Notes under the pieces: model-generated
Seen by the model: the letters and a program-made list of their open reading frames with translations, nothing else
Told to the model about the DNA's origin: nothing
Databases searched by the model: none
Shown: positions 55,422-64,000 of the stretch, piece by piece
How the letters are laid out: the number at the start of each line of letters is the position of its first letter
How positions within the stretch are numbered: the stretch's first letter is position 1
Position numbers and translations under genes: made by a program
Source: Octopus vulgaris
Taxonomy: Eukaryota
Direction of reading: 5' to 3'
Length of the DNA: 64,000 bases
NCBI GenBank assembly: GCA_951406725.2
Contig: OX597832.1
Span: 32,984,001-33,048,000, forward strand

Positions 55422-55820
55422 CGCGCAGTGGTGGTTGTGCGGTAACACACACCCTTCCCAACCGAATAGTTCTGGGCTCGGTCCTACAGCGTGGTACCTT
55501 GGCCAAGTGTCTTCTATTATAGCTTCCTTTTTGCCAAAGGGTTCTTTGTGGATTCGGTAAACGGAAACAAAAAGAAGACAGTCGTATATACAGGTGTGTG
55601 GGCGTGTGCTTGTAAGTAAATATGTGTGTGTGCCTGTGTGTCTGTGTTTGTTTCTCACTCCTACTGCTTAACAACCGGTGTTTGTATGTTCATTTCCCCG
55701 TAATTTAATGGTGCGGCAACAGAGTGTGATAGTTCCAGTGTTGATTCATTCGACTAAAATACCTGAACGTGGGTGCCCCAGCATGGACGCACTCTAATGC
55801 GGGAAACATGTAAAGATAAA
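55422..55820 (+). mobile_element. SINE family A, full length, degenerate
   Basis: CGCGCAGTGGTGGTTGTGCGGTAA..CCTTGGCCAAGTGTCTTCTATTATAGC..ACAACCGGTG..GTGCCCCAGCATGG. Confidence 0.7.
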
Positions 55821-56270
55821 ATATTCGCATACCCGGGGTGCCAAAACTATGCTTCCAACGTTAGCTGTCTTCTGATGGGGCTATTTGAACGCGGGTCCCA
55901 ATAATTGTTCCGCATATGAAATGGTATATGCCGCTTGTTGTAAATGCTTGTAAAACTATCTTTATAAAATGTTTAGAAGTCGAAATAAATTGTTAAACAT
56001 ACAGCTACACACACGCACATATTCGCACGCGCACCCACACAGACCCACTCACACACTCACATACAGACAGGCACACACGTATTTTATATGTTTATTGTGC
56101 ATATAAGTGCTAATGAATGAATATATATAGAAAAATATATATGTGCGTGTTGCGAGTTTATGTGTCGATATCTGTGAATATACGTACATCGGTGTGTGCA
56201 TGTAATACATAGACGTAATTATATATTTATATATACATACATATATATATATACATATATATATACATAC

Positions 56271-56305
<35 letters not shown>

Positions 56306-56439
56306 CAAATATATATGTATGTATATTTATATATTCTATATCTATATATATATGTACTTAGATAAATACATATATATATATATGTATATATACATATATA
56401 TGTATATATGTATATGTATGTATACATATATATATATGC

Positions 56440-56472
<33 letters not shown>

Positions 56473-56500
56473 TATATGTACATATATGTATGTATACATA

Positions 56501-56548
<48 letters not shown>

Positions 56549-57464
56549 TACATACAAATATATATGTATATATACACATATAGACAGAGAGAGACGGGGA
56601 GAGAGAGAAAGAGAGAAAGAGAAATAAAAGTGTGATGATGTGTGTGTGTGTATGTGTGAGTGTGTGTGCGCGCGGCTGTGTGTTTGTGAGAACTGCTATA
56701 TGGAAGCCATAAGAGAAATTAGTGGAGAGTGGCAGATATGGGGAACATGAATGAGTGACATGAAGAGTATAATCGGGAAAGAGAGAGAGAGAGAGACAGG
56801 ACAGAGAGAGTGAGAGGGGATCAGAGTGAGAGAGGGGCAGAGTGAGAGGCGAGGAAAAGAGAGCGGAAGATAGACAAACGGGGTGGTTGTGGGGGAGTTG
56901 CTGCACAGAGTCAGGAGAAAAGATTATTTCTGATAAGAATATTAAAATAAACATAACAAATATAAAATATTATATAATTATTTTGTTGAAATATAAGAAA
57001 AATCAATACTGCGGATAGGTTTTTGTATATTGCTAACATGTACACATGTCGGGTGAAAGTCTTGCTATGTATTGAGTTTTATTAAAATAGTCATATACAT
57101 ACATACAAACACACATACACACACACACCCACTAAGTTGCATATATATAAGAAAAAAACGGTCTTTAACAAAAATAGTATGGTCAGTGAATTTAGAGTTT
57201 CTGCCAGAATAGCGTTTATCAATGACTGCTTCGTTGTTCGACACTTCGAAGTCACTGTCAAAATTATGTTTGTTGAAGAATAATAATTTTATACTCTACC
57301 ACAGGCATTGCGTAATCCTTCAATCCTTCAAAACTTATATAAATAGTTTTTGTTATAACATAAAAATTATGAATTAATACATACACACACACACACACAC
57401 AGAAGCAGATTTATAAGCACATTTATAAGATAGATATAATGTAGAGAGGTCCCAGAAAATTTAT

Positions 57465-57640
57465 AGCGCCGAACAAGGTTCTTAACGGTTTTTCTCCCGA
57501 GTTGACGCTCTGATTTTAAATACCACCGGGTATCAGCTTTGCCTTTAATTCTTACCAATTCGATAAAATGAGTACTTGTTTAGCACTGAGATCGATATAA
57601 TCGGCTCACACTCTCCCCTAAAATAGCTGGCTTGTGCGGA
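57465..57640 (+). mobile_element. SINE family B, degenerate
   Basis: CTTTGCCTTTAAT..TCGATAAAATGAGTAC..GCACTGAGATCGATATAATCG. Confidence 0.5.
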
Positions 57641-57730
57641 AAATATAAAACATATATATACATACATACACACACACACACATATATATAAAATAATAAT
57701 AATAATAATAATAATAACAACAACAACAAC

Positions 57731-57776
<46 letters not shown>

Positions 57777-57785
57777 GTAATAAAA

Positions 57786-57918
57786 TGCCCTGTTGCAGTA
57801 CCAGGCAGTGGCTCTCATGGCTTCTGATCTTAACTGATTGGAAGTGTTATCATGTACATTGTTTTGTCTTGGTATAAAACATGGGCTACTTTGATGGTAT
57901 GCATTGCTCTCTCACTGA
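57786..57918 (+). mobile_element. (AAT)n-associated element, internally deleted copy
   Basis: Flanked by (AAT)n on both sides. Joins TGGGCTAC directly to TTTGATGGTATGCATTGCTCTCTCACT; these segments are about 425 bp apart in the 30885-31370 copy. Confidence 0.6.
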
Positions 57919-58499
57919 ATAATAATACTAATAATATGGATTATTAGGAAGTGGCACGAAGTGGCAGAGCATTACCATTCATTCCTTTTTATAATAGATC
58001 GTTACTTAGACCTACATACGTTTCAATTGCATCGATTAGTAACCGTTGCAATTACAACACTGTTATAATATCGGTGCGGCTTCTTCAGTGTCTCCAGTTT
58101 AATAATCTTTGATTTGACTTTAAAATGTTTCGTTTATCTACTCTGCGTTGTATGATGGAGAGTTGTCATATATATATATATATATATGTGCATATGTATG
58201 TATGTATTTATATATATATATATTATATCTAAACAAAGCTGTCCGACGAAGGGGAACGTGAAACTTTGAGTAACAGTTTTTGTGATATTTCAGCTGCTTT
58301 TAAATAAAGTACATATACATATATATATGCGGGTGTGTGTGTGAGTGTTCTTTTTGTTTGTGTGTGAGTGATAAGATAAGTTCAAAAAGAACAATTCGAA
58401 CTTTTGGGGGGATCCAAAAAGAGAGAAAATGTGATTTCTAATAAGGATTCATCATATTCATGAAAAACAGCCAAAACAGGTAATAAGAATATGAAAATA

Positions 58500-59222
58500 A
58501 TATTTGAGGAGATTCTTTATAGGTATAAGAATATACCATAAACAAGTATAAAAAATGGAGAAAAGATGTTGAAACAGAAATAGATTTATCATAAAACTGG
58601 ATTTAATGCAAATGTACGTTTCGAAAAACTGCAAAAAAATTTCAGAAAAAATTTAAATAGTGATTATAATAGTGATTATAATTATTATTGAAAATGAAAA
58701 ATAAAAATTAAGAATAAAAGTAAAAATAGAATTTAAAATATTTTGAAGGACATCAAAAAAAATTTAATAAGGGGAAGAAAAATGAGATAAAAATAAAATA
58801 AAATAAGATACAATAAGAGAACACAGGTGGGGCAATAAGGGAAATCGGGTATTGCCCCATCTGTGTTCTCCTTTTGCATCGTATTTTATTTTAATTTAAT
58901 TTTATTTTTATCCCATTTTTCTTCATCTTATTAATTTCTTTTTTGATGTCCTTCAAAAGATTCCTCACTGATGAGAATAACAATGGATAAATTCAATTTT
59001 ATATTTTATTTTATTTTTATTCTTAATTTTAATTGTTTATTTTCAATTATAATTATAATCACTATGATTAAATTTTTTTCTTAAATTTTTTGCATTGTTT
59101 TTTTCCAAACGTACGCATGCATTGATTCCAGTTTTATAATAAATCTATTTCTGTTTCAACATCTCTCCATTTTTTATATTTGTTTATGGTATATTCTTAT
59201 AGCTATAACATATCTCCTCAAA

Positions 59223-59225
<3 letters not shown>
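58500..59225. mobile_element. Large foldback element (arms about 340-375 bp)
   Basis: Outer ends TATTTGAGGAGAT / ATCTCCTCAAATA; inner ends GAGAACACAGGTGGGGCAATA / TATTGCCCCATCTGTGTTCTC; 12-nt loop; right end abuts (TA)n. Confidence 0.85.
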
Positions 59226-59265
<40 letters not shown>

Positions 59266-59267
<2 letters not shown>

Positions 59268-59420
59268 TTTTACTTGTTTTAGTCATTTGACTGCGCGCAT
59301 GCTGGAGCACTGATTTAAAGGGTGCTAGTAATCGATCCCAGGACATTTGTAAGCCTAGTACATATGCTTTTGCTAAGTTTCGGGGGCATAAACTCACAAG
59401 CGATGATGTAGGAACAAACG
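59266..59420 (-). mobile_element. SINE family A, 3' half
   Basis: CTTTTACTTGTTTTAGTCATTTGACTGCG..CATGCTGGAGCAC..TTTGTAAGCCTAGTAC. Confidence 0.65.
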
Positions 59421-59626
59421 CATATATACACACAAATACACACAAACAGAGACACACAAACACACACACACACATACCTGTTTTAGCACACACATATACA
59501 TAAATACACAAATATATTATAAATTTATATATTCGTACATATATATGCAAATATATATTTATATGTATGTTATTGTATATGCATGTTATTGTTATATGTA
59601 TGTTATTGTATATATACCTATATAAG

Positions 59627-59945
59627 ACAAAATGAGATAACAAAGTGAAGACGCTCTGGAGATTTCAAGTCATTTCTAAGAAAAGGATATAGATATAGGC
59701 TTACAGCTGTTTCTGGGATATTATGGACATCTATTGATCAGAGACGATGTGAGATGGTTAAAAAGAAGTAAATGATCTCCTTCTTTTCCATAATAATTCG
59801 TTATTTTAAACTCAAATATTTACCTCTTTTTAATCACCTTACATCGTCTCAGATGAAGGGATATCCATAATATCCCAGAAACAGCTTTCTCCTTATAAAT
59901 GTCCTGAAAACTCCCCACAGCCTTGGCTTTGTTATCTCATTTTGT
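59627..59945. mobile_element. Foldback element with two inverted hammerhead-like motifs
   Basis: Ends ACAAAATGAGATAACAAAG / CTTTGTTATCTCATTTTGT. Motifs at 59699-59745 (-) and 59846-59886 (+). Same family as 34010-34246. Confidence 0.75.
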
Positions 59946-60181
59946 ATAATATATATATGCATATGCATGCTAATACAAAACTCTCATTATACTTTTCACT
60001 CATATCACTAACGAACCGAGAGTTTAACTATGGTCTGTCCATAGCACTTACTTAGCGTTACCCACCTCTCTTTGGGTATTCTAGATACCAATACCTCGCA
60101 TACCCTCGCTATATATATATATAAGCCATGTCGAACCGCTATGTTTACATATGTGTGTGTATACATACATATATATGTATG

Positions 60182-60243
<62 letters not shown>

Positions 60244-62029
60244 TGTGTGCCTGTATGTGTGTGTGTGTGTCTATATGTATATATGTCTTAATAGGAAATG
60301 ATAGAGGTAGAAACAGAAGATATTTACGAAGACACGCATATACACATAGATCAAGTCGGATATTTTTTGTTTAAATAAATAATCTATGATAGGTATGCCA
60401 TTTCGTTGTTTTTGAAGACATCTGGTAAAAATATGTTATTTGTCGAAATCCTGCGAGCAATTCCGTGAAATCTTCTGTGACATTTATTTACTTAGCCTCA
60501 AAGAAGCTACCAATCTACAGCAAGAGCATTAGATAATGTTATTCCAGCGTGTCAGGAAAATGCATTCTATATTTGGATGTTTCTTATCTGAAAGTTTAAC
60601 AGTCCCCTGCCTCACTGCTCTGAAAATATCTTCCATTAACTGCACTTCCTTCGATCGATTTTTTCCTGAGATGTTTCTCTATTTGGTGTTTGGACCGGAC
60701 AATTTGCAATACTTCTCTTGAAGGAATAAACTAGTAAGATCCTAAGATCTTTCTGTCTTGCTACAAATAGTAGTTATAAACGTCCTCGAACCGCACTCAT
60801 ATTACCACCCTACATTAAAAGTGATTGTAGACACATAGGAAAACTTACTGCCAATATATCAACTCACTAAGAGAGTTTATCTTAGGAGAAATACTGGAAC
60901 TATAGGCCAATCAACGGTGTATATATATTATGTACGATATCCGGATGGCTAATTTAATTAAATTCTGACACAAGTGACGATTCTATAAATTTCAAAATAA
61001 TTTGAGTTTGGATGGCCATAGCTTCCGATGGTTATAGTTGGAACATATATTCAATCAGAGTGCAAGGAGAGATAAATATAAATTTTACAATAAGAAAATA
61101 CTTTACTTTTAATGTCAACTTTTGCTGCTTCTTTTATCTCTTCTAAGAGAATTACAAAGATCGGTTATTTAATTAGATTAGACTTACTTGTTGAAACCGT
61201 ATTACATGGATGCGGTAATGTTTCACAACCGTAGCAACCATAATTTCATTCACTTCAGGTGTGTGATTAAGACTTGGGAATTACTTCATATACCTCCACG
61301 TACATAAATTGATTAGGAAGATAAAAGACAAAAACCAAAATAGGAAAAGTTAAAAGAATTAAAAGAAAGAATGTTTCAAAACACAAACTTAAAACTTCTA
61401 TGGGCATGGGTCTTCACCATCGACTGCAATGAAACAGAATAGAATGGAAAACATTATTTTAAGAAAACAAACACGATTCCAGCGACATGGAGTGTGCACT
61501 CTGTCACGGGATCTGCTTAAATAAAATGCCACATTTTAGTTTATTTTGAAAGAAAAGAATGATATCCACAAGTACGTAACTTGGTACCACATAAACAATT
61601 CCCATGAAGCGACAGATTCGTCATGGATGGAATATCTTTACTCACAGGTTTGTTATATCAAGAACCATTAGCTTTCTGCCGATATGGTTTTGGGATCAAT
61701 TTCACTACACAGTACCATGGGTAAGTATCGTTAACTGTAGCTTCTCTCTTTTACATCAGAATAAATGAAATAAGTTAGACGAGAGTTGAGTAAAATCCCG
61801 CCCAAGGAATCGTACCTGTAGCAGATATAAGGGAGCATTCAACCCACGACCATATGGGGCTTAATTATCTTCACCGGAGTCGTCATGCGTTGATTCAGAC
61901 TGGATATTCGAGTTTTGGAAATCCTTCATTTTCCCAGGAGCACTGAAGTCGATGAAAATTCAATACACTCTGGATTAAACCATGTGGCCCCTTTTACCAT
62001 TTAGAAATAAATGATCAATATAATACTAA

Positions 62030-62240
62030 GAGTGGTGGATTTCAGATCGACCGCAGCTTCAAACAAATACAATGTAGTATGTGATTGCAATTCATTACAT
62101 TCTGAGTTCAAATCCTGCACAGGTCAATTTCGCATTACTTCATACATACTGAAGGTTGATAAACTATGTCATAAATCCATCTTAATTGGTCATTTCAACC
62201 CCACCCTGACATCCCTAAATGATGCACTCTTGAGGTTATA
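62030..62240 (+). mobile_element. SINE family B, highly degenerate
   Basis: TTCTGAGTTCAAATCCTGCACAGGTCAATTTCGC..GGTTGATAAA. Confidence 0.4.
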
Positions 62241-64000
62241 TCAAGAACTGATAAGACTTCTGGTGGGCTACATATCGGAGAAACTTTGTTATTTTCCTTT
62301 TTTTCCGCGTTCAGTCGAAGAGCAGCTTATTCAAAATTTGGTCGTTATTCATTTTCTTCGATGTTTATTTTCGATATTTAACTTGAAGCACGAGATTATG
62401 AAGGTGAGCATATTCTCTGATTCAGGAATATTTTAATATCTGAATATTGTAACCACATTCTTAGAATTAAAATGTGTCAGCGCTTAGCATCTCATTGTTC
62501 GTCCTACCCTTATGCTAAAGCATTTCTAAAATTTAATGTGCATTGCATCTCTCCAACTACATCAGACACATATCAGAAATGTATTTTAGCTTCCAAGCGA
62601 CAGCAATATTATTGAGTGTGTACTTATATGTCTAAAGTGTAGCTGGAGAAACACAATGAGTAAGAGAGAGTCTATGAGTAGACATTATCACTCACTAAAC
62701 TAGAAAAAAAACATACAAGTTCCAGCCATTTTTCGATGTCAGTGAACGCATCAATGCGCACACATCTAAGCAAAAATTTTACCAGAAATTCCATTGAACA
62801 GAATGTAAACAATAACTAATTCTGGGTGAGAGATGATCGAATTATTAACGACCATAACACAAAGAAATTGTGCAAACCTCTTGTATTTCACGAAATACTA
62901 ACGAAAACTTATAATCTAATCCGCCGCCGCTTGTGAGAGTTGCATATACATTTCTCAATAACATTAATGGAACATTATTTTCTTGACCTTTTTCCAAAGC
63001 AAACATCCATCTTCTTGTGGAAATGTCTTGAACAAAAGGCCATGTTCTCGCCAAATGTGATGTGACAAGTTTAAAAGATAAATTACAGAAAACGAAAACC
63101 GTGTAGTTACATATATATCGGTTAACATGACATCTAACAAAAGACAAATAGATTTATATATTTCCTGCTTTCAATTCAGAGGTGATGTTTCTTCAAGTTA
63201 TTTTCTCTTCTGAAACACTACTGGTACGGTTAAATCAAATAGACTGTAAAAAAAAAGAAAGAAAATAGCAAAGAAAAACTACATAAAACTAATGGGTATT
63301 TCCTGGCAATGGCTTTGAATTAATAGCTTTCTCCAGACGTTTGGTTTGCAATTTATTTAGTCACGTTTCAAAGGTAAACGTGACAATGGGTCTTGCCAAT
63401 AATGTAAATCGCTTAGTTGGAATATCAGCTACCTTAGTTCGATTCAAACCTTTACATTGTCTTTCGTTTTCTCTTCCTCTGGTGCCAATTTGATTTGTAT
63501 TTCTCAAGTAAACGGCAAAAGTGCTGAGACAATCAGGAAATTAATAAAAGACATATATATTTCACCATAGGTATTTTCAATCTTTAGCTAACACTAAATT
63601 TCTATGCCACACACTGACATTCCGTTCGTCATTAATATGGAAGCCTAGAAGTTAAATAGACGCCAATGGCCATCCTTATGAACGTGTCGTTTGATTGAAC
63701 TTTGCTGTAACATCAAAGCTATTCCAGCCGTACCAATATTGTTCAGTACCTTGAGGCATTCCATTATGCAATGTGACATTTTCAAAGATCTTAGTGCCTT
63801 CACGTGCGATCTCAAGAAGACTTACATGCTACCTTTACCAGCTCGAGAAACCGCACTGTAACCTCAGATCATTCACATGAAACATGTATATATAATTGTT
63901 GATGTTGTTGACTAAGACCCATTTAGCTATGGCAAAGAAGATATTTGGGAAAAAGCTGTCGCTTCTCGATTTCTAAGGAGGTGAGTCTAAAGTGATCTTG

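Overview
AT-rich, extremely microsatellite-dense eukaryotic DNA. The repeat landscape suggests an octopod cephalopod; this is an inference from the SINE families and the (TA)n/(CA)n/(AAT)n density. No host protein-coding gene can be supported, and nearly all listed ORFs are translations of simple repeats. Recognisable content: a young, 5'-truncated Dong/R4-like restriction-like-endonuclease (RLE) retrotransposon inserted in (AAT)n (28501-30528); decayed RTE-like (7400-8395) and CR1/Jockey-like (38050-38800) LINE fragments; a hAT transposase relic (about 38900-40270); a complete non-autonomous Helitron (54161-54673); two tRNA-derived SINE families with about 20 copies; and an (AAT)n-targeted non-coding element. 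The most interesting unannotated signal is a set of type I hammerhead-ribozyme-like motifs from several families: 22945-22995 and 45184-45271 with intact cores, and 3855-3890, 34444-34479 and 58239-58276 with variant cores. Related motifs also occur as inverted pairs inside foldback elements nested in (TA)n tracts (34010-34246, 59627-59945, possibly 58500-59225). Together these suggest non-autonomous Penelope-like or retrozyme-like elements. Structures were read by eye and have not been computed or tested.
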